DNA of 64,000 nucleotides, from NCBI RefSeq assembly GCF_009914755.1, contig NC_060944.1; one strand, 5' to 3'. Below the pieces are notes generated by a model that was not told the origin of the DNA, made no database searches, and saw only the letters and a program-made list of their open reading frames with translations. This stretch comes from the human T2T-CHM13v2.0 reference genome, Homo sapiens. This document shows, piece after piece, positions 35,521 to 51,085 of the stretch. Position 1 is the first letter of the stretch; each line of letters opens with the position of its first letter. The position numbers were made by a program, and so were the translations under genes.

Positions 35521-35899
35521 AAACAAGTGGAGCCACTTATTTAAGTGGGGATTTTCCAGGTGCGATGGCCCATGCCTGTAATCCCAGCACTTTGGGAGGC
35601 CACGGCAGGCGGATTACTTGAGGTGAGGAGTTTGAGAACAGCCTGGCCAACATGGTGAAACCCCATCTCTACTAAAAATACAAAAATTAGCTGGGCATGG
35701 TGGCAGCACCTGTAATCCCAGCTACTCAGAAGTCTGAGGCAGGAGAATCACTTGAGCCTGGAAGGTGGAGGTTGCAGTGAGCCAGAACGAGCCATTGCAC
35801 TCCAGCCTGGGTGACAGAGCGAGACTCTGTCTCCAAAAAAAAAAAAAAAAAAAAAGGTATGACTCTTATGGTGGAGTATGAAGGGCTTCGGGGTTCATT

Positions 35900-36625
35900 G
35901 AACACCAACTGGTGAATTGCAGTTCAACTCTGGCAGGAATCACCTGGAGTTAGAACAGATCCTGCAAGTTTAAGGGTACGTTTCCCAAAAAGATTGCCCC
36001 TATTTCAGGTGCCAACCACACTTGGGTGTCCCCAAACCACTTGCACTTCAGACCAACTGGCTACACAGTCAGGAGTATCCATGACTCCCTAGGGTTGATA
36101 ATGCACTAGAATCACTCATGGAACTGAGGAAAGTGCTGTAATTATCATTTATAGTTTTATTATAAATAATACAAATTAGGACCAGTCAAATGAGATATGT
36201 TAGGCAAGGTCTGCGAGAGTACCAAACACAGAGCCTCTGTGCTTTCTCCCTGCGGAATCAGGGCCATTACCCTCCCAGCACATCAATGTGTTCAGCAACC
36301 AGGAAGCTCAATGAAGCTTCAATGTCCAGAGTCTTTCCTGGGATTTCATCATGTAAGCATGACTGATTGAATCATTGGCCACAGGTTGAACTCAATCTCT
36401 GTCTTCTACCCCTCCCACAGGTTGGGCTGGCTCAGACATCCAGTCACTATTGGTCTTTCCAGTGACCAGCTCCCAATCTGAATTGTCTTGTTAGTAAACT
36501 CAGGAATAATCAAGGAGCTCATGAATAACAAAGATACTCCTGTCTCTTGAGAAATTCCAAGAATTTTTAAAGCTCCATGCCAGAAACCCAGAATTAACAA
36601 AGGCCAAAGTCTTTATTGTACCATA
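35900..36625 (-). mobile_element. MER21B/C-like LTR
   Basis: GAAATTCCAAG...AGCTCCATGCCAGAAACC near the right end, and TGATTGAATCATTGGCCA. Confidence 0.65.
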
Positions 36626-36681
36626 GGGGTGAACATTTTGAATTCCATTTTAAGTATGTTAACTTTTTTTTTTTTTTTTGA

Positions 36682-37032
<351 letters not shown>

Positions 37033-37328
37033 TAGTGACTTCATTGCTCTGATATTCATATGTAGGGGATTTATTATTGCTATTTTTAAATGCATTGATA
37101 AATCCATGTTAACTATTTCTCTTAGTTAAAAACAGTAAACATTTTTAGATATAATCCACCTAAACAAAAGCTATACTTTGTGCCCAATAATTTTTAAGAA
37201 TGTAAAGGGATCCTGTGATCAAAATATTGAGACCTGCTGATTTTTCAAAAACTCAAATTTTACCAGTTGTTCCAATAATAAGCTTTTCCTTTTCTTGATT
37301 TTTCTGGCCAGGATACCACCCAGGTTAA

Positions 37329-37959
<631 letters not shown>

Positions 37960-38749
37960 TCCTCCTTAATTCTCGGAATCCTACCTGGTTATTTTGTAGA
38001 ATGTTCCTCAATTTATTTTTGTCCTATGTTTCATCATGATTGGATTCAGGTTATACATTATTTGGCAGAAATACCACAAGATTGATGTTGTGTCCTTCCC
38101 AGTGCAATATCAGGAGGCACATGATGTCTTGTTACTGGTTATGTTAACTTTGACAACGTTATTAAGGCAATTTAGTATTCAGTATTTAACAAACAAGCAC
38201 ACTAGTTTGTAGTCTTTTCTGGGCAAGTGAGGGTTTCTTCTCAATTTCAGTGCCTTTTCTACGCCCACCAATGCTATTAGTCACCTTTAAGGTGAAGACT
38301 GCTGAGATGGAATTATTTTTAGCAATGATAATAATTTGTTGGGGTAATAGTTGTACAGCCCTTTGCTGCCATCTAAGCACTTTTACGTGGTTTGGTTCAT
38401 TTAAATCTAACAACCCAGTGAGGGGGCCAATTAGTAGCATTTACATTACATGAGAAATTAGAATTCTAGAATCACATACCTATTTATTATCATGACATGG
38501 CTAAGTCGAATTAATAGTGAGATAGGTAAATGGCTATTTTAGGCAGCAGATCCTTTTGTATGTGGTATCTGAAAAGCCACTGAGGCAGGAAGACAAGGAA
38601 GAAGAATTTGGGAGGATCTGCGTGCAGAGGAGTGGAAGAGGAAAGAGGAATACAATTAGAAATAGGATTCAGGCTGAATTTAAAGGCTTAGTGATGACGG
38701 GTTCTTAGGTTCGGGTATGTGGGAGAAAAAAACCAGCATAGAGACTACC

Positions 38750-39800
38750 TTCGGGGCAGAGTGGGTTCTGGGCACTGGGTAGGGGCTGGGCCCGGGATGG
38801 GGGGATCAAAGGGCTCTGGCGGGACCCAGATGTGGATGGGGCAGGGCCGAGCGTGGGGACTGGGCTTTTCAATGACGGGCGGGGTTACGGTTGGGCAGCA
38901 GGTGGGCGTGGCAGGCATAGGCGGAGTCAATCTATGAGTGGGTGGGCCTATCGCCAGGCCGAGAGTGGGCGTGGCCGACGTGGGGTGGGTAGCAGCCGAC
39001 CGAGTCGGACCGGCCAGTTGGGCGCGCTTCCGGGTGTCACCTCCAGAGGGCGCCGGCTGCGGAGCCGCCCTCAGAGTCGCGAGGCCGGACGCAGCGCGGC
39101 GCCGCCCCACTCGCCCCAGCCGCCGCCATGAAGGCCGTGGTGCAGCGCGTCACCCGGGCCAGCGTCACAGGTCAGTCGGGCGGGGCCGGGCCCGGGAGGA
39201 GCCGCCCCTGACCCCCGCGACCGGCTGTCTTGCGTGGGGGGTCTTCCTGCGCCATCCTTGGGGCCGCTGCGGCCCCTCCGCGAGCCTGGTCCCCTTCGCG
39301 AGCTCGGTCCGCGCAGCCGCGAGTCCCCGGGGCCGGCTTCGGGGCAGCGCGGCGGCCGGAGAGCCCCCTGCACGTGCCCGACCGGCCCCGGCGCGCCCCT
39401 GGCTTCCGGCTCTCGGCAGAGGGTGCAGGACCAGCGCGCCTCATTCTCAGCACCTTTGTCCTGCGTGCGGGATGGCGGAGCCTCGGAGCATCTCCGTGGT
39501 CCGCTCTTCAGGGAGTGTTGATGAACCACGCTTAGAGCATTTCCGGAGCAGGCACTCCTCCCTTTTCACTGCTGTATTTTAAATGTTCAATTTTTGCCCA
39601 TTTTTACGTATTCCAATTTTTATGGGGCTTGACTCAGGATGAAATGCACAGATGCGGAGAGTTGCTCCTTGGGCTGAGCTTTGACAGTTGCGTGCACGTA
39701 CGTGACTGGAGCCTAGGCTGGATGAGGGGCGCCCCCTGCCCAGGACGCCCCTCGCCCTCGCCCGCTGAACTCTGCGCGGAGGGGTCGGGATCTAAAGAAT
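38750..39800 (+). promoter_or_regulatory. DTD1: DTD1 CpG-island promoter
   Basis: Very high GC/CpG; GC boxes GGGCGGGG and GGGCGTGGC x2; ETS-like CTTCCGGG ~39028; GCCGCCGCC directly before the ATG at 39128. Confidence 0.9.
39128..39170 (+). CDS. DTD1: DTD1 exon 1 (MKAVVQRVTRASVT + G), D-aminoacyl-tRNA deacylase 1
   Basis: Good Kozak upstream context; conserved DTD N-terminus MxAVxQRV; donor CAG|GTCAGT, phase 1. Confidence 0.96.
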
Positions 39801-41189
39801 TCAAGATGAAAACATTTCTCTTTTTCTTGTGGACCAAGCTACCCGACCCCTGGTCATCACTCAGCACTTTCGTCTCGGTTGGGCATCAGAGGTCCAGATG
39901 ATTAGTGTAGATAAAGTAGTCGTTTTAAGAAAACCACGGTACGAAAGATATTTTTTAAAAAACATTTAAATGACAAGCTTTATATTGTCTTTAGTCTTTT
40001 CTGTCTTTATTGGCACAACTATATTGTTTCAGTTCAAATAATTTCAGATATCCTGTCCTTGGAGCCAGTCTGCACCAAATATGCGTTCTTGTGTCCACAA
40101 AAGTATGAATTAAAAACAAAACAGGCCGGGGGCTGTGGCTCACACCTGTAATCCCAGCTCTTTGGGAGGCCAAGGCGGGCAGATCACCTGAGGCCAGGAG
40201 TTCGAGACCAGCCTGGCCAACATAGAGAAACCCTATCTCTACTACAAATACAAAAATTAGCCGGGAGCGGTGGTTGGTGCCTATAATCCCAGCTACTCGG
40301 GAGGCTGAGGTAGAGAATCGCTTGAACCCGGGAGGCAGAGGTTGCAGTGAGCCGAGATTGTGCCAGTAACCTCCAGCCTGGGCGACAGAGCGAGACTCTG
40401 TCTCAAAAAACAACAAACAAACAAAACCCCAAAACAAAAAACAAAACAAAAACAACAAAAAACCCTAAAGAAACAACCAAACCCACCAAAACCGTATATT
40501 TAAATCTAAGAGTCTATTTTTCAACCCCGCCTAATGATTTCTAAGCTGTTCTGGTAGCTTTGGTTTTGGAAATGGTCCTGGAATAATAGGGAATAGAGTA
40601 GCACTGGGATTTAGGAATTTTAAAGCTTTTATAACATTTCTATAGATATTTAAATTCATGAAAACTGGGAAAATTCATAGATGAAAGATGTTTTGCATTA
40701 TTGAGAAGAATCTTGCAGTCTGCTGCTGTGTGTGGTCGTCACTGACAGATTTAAATTTTGATCTCTCTCCTGAACTCTCCATCCTGCTAATCTGGAATAT
40801 TGAAAATGTGTATTCTGTGAGATGTGCTGAATAAGAGTTTGGGTTATTTTGGTTCATTATTTAAGTTATATGCTTTCAGTTAAAACAACCAAACCTGCAT
40901 ATTAAAAAAGATAAGGGTGTTAATTATGGGAAAGTGTAAATAATTCGGGAATTCTGGGTTGGGGAACTGTGAATTCTGTTAGAAGGGCCCTCCACTTATG
41001 CAGGCCTTCTAGTTGCATTGTAATGGAAAGGGATTTTCTGATTCCTTTAAAATGTGGCTGGTTTCACTGAAATGTGGCTGTGTTTGAATGGCATTTTATT
41101 TTAGGGGTTCTAAAATGTTAACTTCCTGTTTTATGGTCAGGACAGCATAGATTATCAGGAGTCACACATTTTATTTTATTTTAAAATAG

Positions 41190-41327
<138 letters not shown>

Positions 41328-43377
41328 TGATCCTTTAGTTTCAGCATCCTGAGTAGTTAGACTACAGGCGTGTGCCGCCACCGCTATGTCCAGCTTAGGA
41401 GTCACACATTTTACTATGTGGTATATTCAATTTATGTGATTGGTCAAACACATTTTTTTTTATAGTAACCCTGTAATATCATTTGATGCCCAGTCCATCA
41501 GATTTCTCCAATTGGCTAATTGGTTTTGTTTTTGTTTTGAGAGAGTCTTGCTCTGTTGCCGAGGCTGGAGTACAGTGGTGCCATCTCTGATCACTGCAGC
41601 CTCTGCCTCCTGGGTTCAAGCGATTCTCATGCCTCTGTGTCCTGAGTAGCTGGTCTTACAGGTGCGCGCCACTGTGCCTGGCTAATTTTTTTGTATTTTT
41701 AGTGGAGACAGGGTTTTGCCATGTTGACTAGGCTGGTCTCAAATTCCTGGCCTCAAGTGATTTGCCTGCCTCGGCTTCCCAAAGTGCTGGGATTACAGGC
41801 ATGAGCCACTGCACCCAGCTTGATCAAACACATTTTGATGCCTTAGGTTGGGTACTGTGATAATCTAATTTTTAAAAGTTTATTATGGCACATTTCAAAC
41901 ATATTAACAGACGGAATAGGGCAATAACCCCCATGTCCCATCATTCATTGTCAGCAGCTAAAATTTGATGTCTGTAAACAGTGTTGGAAGAGGATCTAAA
42001 ATGTTTGGGTTTAACTAGGTTAACTTCAAAGGTTATGAATTCTTGAAGTAGAGATCTCAGGTCTGATGCCACTAGTAGGTAGAAAAATTGACCAAACATC
42101 TCAGTCTTTTCCAGCCCTTTGATCTTTTGTTCAAAGTGGTGATTCTCAGATTTTTTCCCTTGGTGATCCATTTACTTATAATAAAAAATCCTTTTGAATC
42201 TCCTAGTCCTTCTACTTGTCCCTGGAGGGGGGACAAAACTGCTCCAAAATAAGACAGCAGTCTCTGTGTCATATATAGACTTTGGGCCATAATTTGTTTC
42301 ATGTTAAGATAATTATAAAACTGTCAAAATTCTTTGACAGTGATTCTAGAATCTAAGCAGATAATCCTAACTGTAGAAAAGGCTTTAGTGTACGAAGATT
42401 TTCACTACACTGTTATTTACTGAGGTGAAAATTTTGAAAGAAGCCATATGTCCAGCAAGATGGAATGGTTAATCAGTCTACTTGATGAGCTGAATCTATT
42501 AAAAGGTGTTTAGGAAAAGGTTATGACATGAAAAAATTCTTATGCAATATTATTATAAAAATTTATATGCAACGTTATTATAGTAGTTGAAAACAAATAT
42601 GAATTAAAATGTATGAATAGATACAATATTAAAAGGAAATCATTAAAATATTAAAGTACTTACTTTTGTTCTTTTTTTCATGTTTCTCATATTTTCTAAA
42701 ATATATAATCCTTACTTTGATGATAGATATAACTTCATGACCTTTATTTTTTAAAACATACTTTGGGAAAAATTTAGAAAGTATATCAATATTGTAAGAA
42801 AGTAATGTTGATTTATTCAAAGAACAAATAAAGCCAAAGGCTTTTTCTGAAGCAATGCAAATGAGCAAACCAACCCCCAATTGTTTACTGCCTATGTCAG
42901 GATAGATTATTTCTATTTCAGCTTTTGAGGCAGTGGCTCAAAGGACAATAAGTCACACACACATAGTTCATTATAAGAAAAGCAGCACAGAAGAAAAGAT
43001 TTAAAAAATTTTAGCCTAAAAATAAAGAAATTAAGCATTACTGATATTTCAGGAATGGATTGATGTGCTCTGCTGGGATCTGAATAGCAGGTGGTCTCTT
43101 GCCATTGCAACTGAAGAAAGAGGGAAGTTTCTCACCCTTTCTTTAGCAGTGTATTGTAACATGACATAGTCTATGTTACTGTGTTAGTTATATTTATAGC
43201 TATTACCCTGCAGAAGCAAGCAAACAGCAAGAAAATGGCTGAGGTGACCCTTCTATTCCGATTAGCACATTAGGTCAGTACAAGATGAAGTAGTAAAATA
43301 ACATAATCTAATAAGATTGGCAAATAATTGGCAAAAAATAGAAAATTTTCAAAAGCACCACTTGAAATACAGATTTA

Positions 43378-43967
<590 letters not shown>

Positions 43968-44455
43968 TGACTGCCTGCCTCAGCCTCCCAAAGTGCTGGG
44001 ATTACAGGCATAAACCACCATGCCCGGCCCATAATGATGCATCTTGCTACCATTTGAGGTATCGTCTAGTGGTAGTAGGGCATACATTTGGTTATAAATA
44101 CATATACAAATGTTAGGAGTGTGTGCTTAGAGCCTTTTTTTTTTCAAATGGACAAGATGCATGATTGAAAAATATTTGGAGATCATTGGCTTAGAATGTA
44201 ACCACAAAACTAAACTGGGAAATAATAGCAGTTTGGTGAGTTGAAGCTTAATACATAAATTGTGATTTTTATGTATTATGTATTTGTCCTCATAGTAAGT
44301 AGGAAAATCATTTATGATATGAACATTTTCCACTTTGTGCTTCCTGTATACTGTGTTACCATATTTTTTGATATTCTGCAAAAGGCAGGAATCTCTTTTC
44401 TGAGAATTAATATAGCTGAGCTGGCTTCTCTGGGGGAGGAAAACACAGTTCTGTT

Positions 44456-45572
44456 TTTATAGATGGGCAAACTTGACCATAGAAAATTTTGGGTGTCTTA
44501 CCCAAGGTAACATAGATGAAATATGGCCCTAAGATCCTGCTTAATGGTTGTTCACTTTACAGCTCCCATTCATTCCAGAGATAAAATCAGAATGGATGGG
44601 AATTATTATCATCTCACTGCATTTATGTAACTCTTTTCATTTTCGAATACGTACTGACTTTAACCAAAGAAGTTATAAGAAGTATGTATGATGTTTAAAA
44701 TACTCCTATGGTTACTTAAAAGTGCTTTATGACCTTGTTTGGTTCTGAGTTCTTCTCTCCCTTTTGGTTCCTTTCTAGTTGGAGGAGAGCAGATTAGTGC
44801 CATTGGAAGGGGCATATGTGTGTTGCTGGGTATTTCCCTGGAGGATACGCAGAAGGAACTGGAACACATGTAAGATGCATTTCTGTCATTGCTGTTTGAG
44901 TGGGCTATGTGGTGGTGGTCATGCTGGGAACTTCCATAGTACTTTGTGCCTGTGAGGTGAGCCCCTGTCACTTTTAACCATTGTCCCATTGGATGTAGTA
45001 TGGTTATCTCCGTGTTTCAGAGAAGACCGAGGAAGAATGATTTAGGAGACCTCAACGCTAAGTCAGCCTTTGAGCAGGAGCACCGCCTATCCCCTGTCTG
45101 TTTGCTACTGTGGCCTCAGAGCATGCCTCTTGTTCTCTTAACGCAAAAACCAAGCCTCTTTTCTTATGTTTGGTTTCTCTTTTTTAAATTGGGCAGTTAT
45201 CTGGGCACTATGTATTTTTAGAATGTCTACTAGCTCGCTGTGCACATAGGGATCTAGAACTCAGAGAGGTTAAATTGCTTTCCCCAGATCATGCACACAC
45301 ACTTAGCAAAAAGCCTGAACCCCAGTTAGAGTCTGGGCTCCCTGACCTTGAAGCCAGTGATCTTTTTACTAAGGTGGTGGCGGGGGTTGAGGAGCAGGGG
45401 TTGCCATTGCTGCTGCCTGCCTGGCTCTCTGAGTTTATAGATGGGCAAACTCGACTATAGAAAGGTTTAGGTGTCTTAGCCAAGGCAGCACAGATGAAAT
45501 ATGGCCCTAAAATCCTGCTTAATGATTGTTCACTTTATAGCTCCCATTCATTCCAGACATAAAATCAGAATG
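44456..45572 (+). repeat. 139-bp dispersed direct repeat (44456-44594 and 45434-45572) bracketing DTD1 exon 2
   Basis: Ungapped manual alignment, offset 978 bp, about 13 mismatches. Confidence 0.9.
44779..44869 (+). CDS. DTD1: DTD1 exon 2 (91 nt, (V)GGEQISAIGRGICVLLGISLEDTQKELEH(M))
   Basis: TTTCTAG acceptor, GTAAGA donor at 44870; phases 1/2. Confidence 0.96.
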
Positions 45573-46528
45573 TGCCCTCTGTGCACCTCCTCCCCTCCAT
45601 TACCACGGGGCACATTTACTTTAGATGCTGGATCCATTTATTCTGCCCCTTGGTGCTCAGAGCTTGGGTATAACCCTGCCCAACTGATTCTTTTGTGTTA
45701 GATTGAAAATCAGACTTGAAACTGAATTCCTGCTAAGGTGTTGATGATGGATAACTATCATTCAATACTATTTCAGTGATGGTGGTATTTTAGTAGCTGT
45801 CCCCTGGATACTCAAAGAAGCGGTAGAGTGGTGTAATGGCTAAAAACTGAGGCTGTGGGTTTGAATGTCTTTATGGCTCTGACATACTACAGAGCTAATA
45901 CTTAGCCTGGTGCTTAAGAGATGTGATTCAACATAAGACAAATCTTGGCTGTGGAGAGGGGGTAATGAGTAGCACCTGTCCCTGAGGGTGCCCATATTAA
46001 GAGTCAGTTAATTAGTATTTATAGAGTCTTTGAAACTGTCATCTACTTAACATCATCCAGAAGGGTGGCTCTCAAATGGTGAGATTTCAGCTTTCATGCT
46101 GGTGGTTCTCTGCTGTGCTTCTCAAATCTGACCCTATAGATGTCACCTGGTCAACTTTCTTGCCATGGTGACTATCCTTCTTCACATGTATAGGGAAAGC
46201 CCCTCTGGGGCTTAAGGAGCTTGTGACATAGTTTTCAAGGTGTCTTTCTCCAGATCTTTTTGCATATTTGCAATAACCATGATTTTTCTCTCAGTGTATT
46301 TGCTGAATTGTTCTTTCTTTTTTTTTTCTTTTGAGACAGAGTCTCCCTCTGTCACCCAGGCTGGAGTGCAGTGGTGCAATCTTAGCTTACTGCAATCTCT
46401 GCCTCCCTGGTTCAAGCGATTTTTGTGCCTAAGCCTCCTGAGTAGCTGGGATTAAAGGCGCCCGCCACCATGCCTGGCTAACTTTTGTAGTTTTAGTAGT
46501 AGAGATGGGGTTTCTCTATGTTGGCTAG

Positions 46529-46630
<102 letters not shown>

Positions 46631-47053
46631 TGAGTAGCTCCAAGAAGGGGTTTAAAAATGGATGTCATTTATCCTAACATGATGAATTCGTTCATGAAAA
46701 ATTACAATTGGACCCATGTTTTGACATATCCCCGACCTAAAGGAGCAGAGAATAGGTGGTTGTCATCTTAGCCCCAGTTCTCACCAGTAGCTGCTATGAA
46801 CTGGAGCGACTGGCAAAAAAGAAGCAATCTCAAAACAACCGTGTGAGGTAGAACTGTTATTATTCTGTATCGCAGCTGAGGACACTGAAGCACAGGGTGG
46901 ATAAGTGACTTGCCTGAGGTCATGCCTCCTGTCAGGGATGGAGTCATCATTATGTCCTTATTTGACCGGAAGCTGGTGACATTTTTGGGGTATGGAGTGT
47001 GTTGGGGGGCTTGTGATCTCTCAGGTAGCTCTCACTGCTCTTTTTCCCCTTAG

Positions 47054-47289
47054 GGTCCGAAAGATTCTAAACCTGCGTGTATTTGAGGATGAGAGTGGGA
47101 AGCACTGGTCGAAGAGTGTGATGGACAAACAGTACGAGATTCTGTGTGTCAGCCAGTTTACCCTCCAGTGTGTCCTGAAGGGAAACAAGCCTGATTTCCA
47201 CCTAGCAATGCCCACGGAGCAGGCAGAGGGCTTCTACAACAGCTTCCTGGAGCAGCTGCGTAAAACATACAGGCCGGAGCTTATCAAAG
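47054..47289 (+). CDS. DTD1: DTD1 exon 3 (236 nt, VRKILNLRVFEDESGKHW...VSQFTL...RPELIK)
   Basis: CCCTTAG acceptor, GTAAGC donor at 47290; contains the DTD signature SQFTL. Confidence 0.97.
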
Positions 47290-47577
47290 GTAAGCAGGAG
47301 AGCCACATCCAGGAAGGGGTCTTTGGGACACTCCTGGATGGAGAGAAAAAAGAAGCTGCAACTGCAGCATCTCCTTTTCTGGAAAGTCATTGTTTATGCT
47401 TGTTACTTACTTAGAACCACATACTAGCTGCTGCTATTGCTGCTGTTGTACTTAACACATGTCCTCAGAATGCTTCTGCTGGCATTTGCCCTCCTCCCTT
47501 CTTCTGTTCACATTTTGAAAATGTTTGGGAACCCAGAGGTGTGGCTAATACAGTGGTATTTCTTTGATTGTTTAGCT

Positions 47578-47780
47578 TAGCCCTGTCCAATAGAAGTATA
47601 GTGCAAGCCTCAAATGTGAGCCAAATATGTCATTTTAAGTTCTTGTAGCCATATTTAAAAAAGTAAAAAGAAATAGGTGAAATTAATTTAAAAAATATAT
47701 TTTATTTAACTGAATATATTCAAAATATGATTTTACTATGTAATCGTTATAAACAATGATGAGGTAGTTTACATTCTCTT
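47578..47780 (+). mobile_element. MER33 left part (right part at ~59660-59772)
   Basis: CTGTCCAATAGAA start and AAAAAGTAAAAAGAAA.AGGTGAAATTAATTT core. Confidence 0.75.
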
Positions 47781-48200
47781 TTTTTTTTTTCTAAATAAAG
47801 GCTTTATTTGATTAGAGCAGTTTTAGGTTCACAGTAAAATTGAGAGGATGGTACAGAGATATTCCATATATCTCTGCCCCCGCATGCATAGGCTCACTCA
47901 TTATCAACATCCACCACTAGAGTGGTGCATTTGTTACAACTGATGAACCTAAGTTCATTGTTGGATTATAACTGTTGTTCATGGCACATCATTATCACCC
48001 ACAGTCTCCTGTTTGCACTAGGGTTCACTCTAATATTCTCTGGGTTTGGGCAAATTTATAATGACATGTGTCTACCATTACAGTATCATACAGAATATTT
48101 TTTATTTTATTTTTATGATTTTGTTTCTTTTTCTGTTCTGGCTTCTCAATAAGCTTTTTTGACCTAGTCTCATAGACTCTCTCTTTTAGTAGATGAGAGA

Positions 48201-48202
<2 letters not shown>

Positions 48203-48244
<42 letters not shown>
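48203..48244. repeat. (GT)~21 microsatellite
   Basis: Read directly. Confidence 0.95.
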
Positions 48245-48247
<3 letters not shown>

Positions 48248-49048
48248 GAGAGAGGGAGCTATAGATGGTGTTTTTGTTCTCCTAATGGTTATTTCTAAGT
48301 TTTTAACATTCATGAATAGTTACAAAAATTTCTATCAAAATTTATAAGGATCTTAGTATATTTGAACATCCCCTTTTCCTTTCTAGTTCCACTTTTTAAA
48401 ATGACTTTATTAAGATATAATACACATACTGTACAATTCACCTATTTAAAGTGTACAAGTCAATTTTTTTAGTTAAGAGTTGTGCAACCATTGCCACAAT
48501 CTAATTTTACAACACTTTTGTCCCACTTAAAAGAAATCCTGTACTCATCAACAGTACTAGCCTACTCCCACTCTCTTCTTTGTTGCCCCAGTCCTAGGCA
48601 GCCATTAATCTACTTTCCGTCTCTTTAGATTTGTCTATTCTGAACATTTTATGTAAATGGAATTATGTAATGTGTGGTTTTGTTCCTGGCTTCTTTCACT
48701 TAGCATAATGTTTTCAAGGTTCATCCATGTTGCCACTTTTCTTTTCATCATAATCATAATCACTTTTAATCATAATTTATTTATAATCTGTAACTGGCTG
48801 TATTTGATAATATATTTTATCAATTTCTGTGGTCACCAACCTGTCTTGCTTCCTTCTTTGGGCTCTTCTTTCTGAAGTACATTCTATGATATATCAGTTG
48901 TTTACTAAGAATGTGTTAGTGGAACATAGTCATTGTAGGTTTTAAAATGTTTTTATTTTGCCTTAATTCTTTATGATTGCTTAGCTGGGCATGGAATCCT
49001 AGCTTGACAGTTCTTTTCTCCCAACATTTTGTCTTTTTTGTAAAAAAA

Positions 49049-49733
<685 letters not shown>

Positions 49734-50186
49734 TAGTAGAGATGGGGTTTTACCATGTTAGCTAGGATGGTCTCGATCTCCTGACCTCGTGATCTGCCTG
49801 TCTTGGCCTCCCAAAGTGCTGGGATTACAGGTGTGAGCCACCGCGCCCGGCCAGTAATGGTAATTTTTAGTGCCCTAAAAATCCTCTGTGCTCTGGCTAT
49901 TCATCCCTCTCTCTTCCCTAACTCCTGTCAACCACTGATCTTTTTACTGCCTCCATAGTTTTACCTTTTTTAGAATGTCATATATTTGGAATAATACAGT
50001 GTGTAGCCTTTTCTGATTGGCTTCTTTGACTTAGTAGTATGCATTTAACGTTTCTCTTTTCATGGCTTAATAGCTCATTTTGTATTAGCACTGAATAATG
50101 TTCTATAGTCTGGAGATACCACAGTTTATTTATTCACTTACTGAAGGATATCTTGATTGTTTCCAAGTTTAGGCAGTTATGAATAA

Positions 50187-50603
<417 letters not shown>

Positions 50604-50954
50604 TAATAAGAGTATGTTTAGTTTGTTAAGAAGCTGCCAAACTGTCTTGCAAAGTGGCTGGATCATTTTGCATTCCCACCAGCAATGAACGAGAGTTCCT
50701 GTGGCTCCCCATTCTTGCTAATATTTGGTGTTGTAATTGTTTTGGATTTTGGCCATTCTAATAGGTATGTAGAGGTACCTCATTTTAATTTGCATTTACC
50801 TGATGACATATGATATGGAACATTTTTTCATATGCTTATTTACTATCTGTATATCATCTTTGGTGAGGTATCTGTTAAGGTCTTTGGCCCATTTTAAAAA
50901 ATTGGATTGTTTTCTTACTGTGTTTTAAGAGTTCTTTTTATATTTTGGATACTA

Positions 50955-51085
50955 GTCCTTTATCAGATATGTCTTTTGCAAATATTCAACTTGCAAATAT
51001 TTATCCTTTATCAGATATGTCTTCTGTGAATATTCAATTTACAAATATTTATCCTTATAGGATATTTCTTTTGTAAATATTTTTT
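50955..51085 (+). repeat. Degenerate ~48-bp tandem repeat (~2.7 copies) inside L1MC
   Basis: CCTTTATCAGATATGTCTT...CAAATATTTAT repeated. Confidence 0.75.

Noticed and set aside
38719-39901. Long overlapping ORFs, including 214 aa at 38938..39582
   Set aside because: Stop-poor GC-rich CpG island; low-complexity Arg/Ala/Pro/Gly peptides; the real CDS starts at 39128 and splices at 39170.
42321-43179. Short inverted repeats CTGTCAAA-ATTC-TTTGACAG (42321-42340) and GTAACAT...ATGTTAC (43156-43179)
   Set aside because: Stems of 7-10 bp are expected by chance in 64 kb.
44055-44080. GGTATCGTCTAGTGGTAG resembling a tRNA A-box
   Set aside because: No B-box or cloverleaf downstream.
46992-47414. 140-aa ORF as a stand-alone gene
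   Set aside because: It is DTD1 exon 3 extended into intron on both sides.
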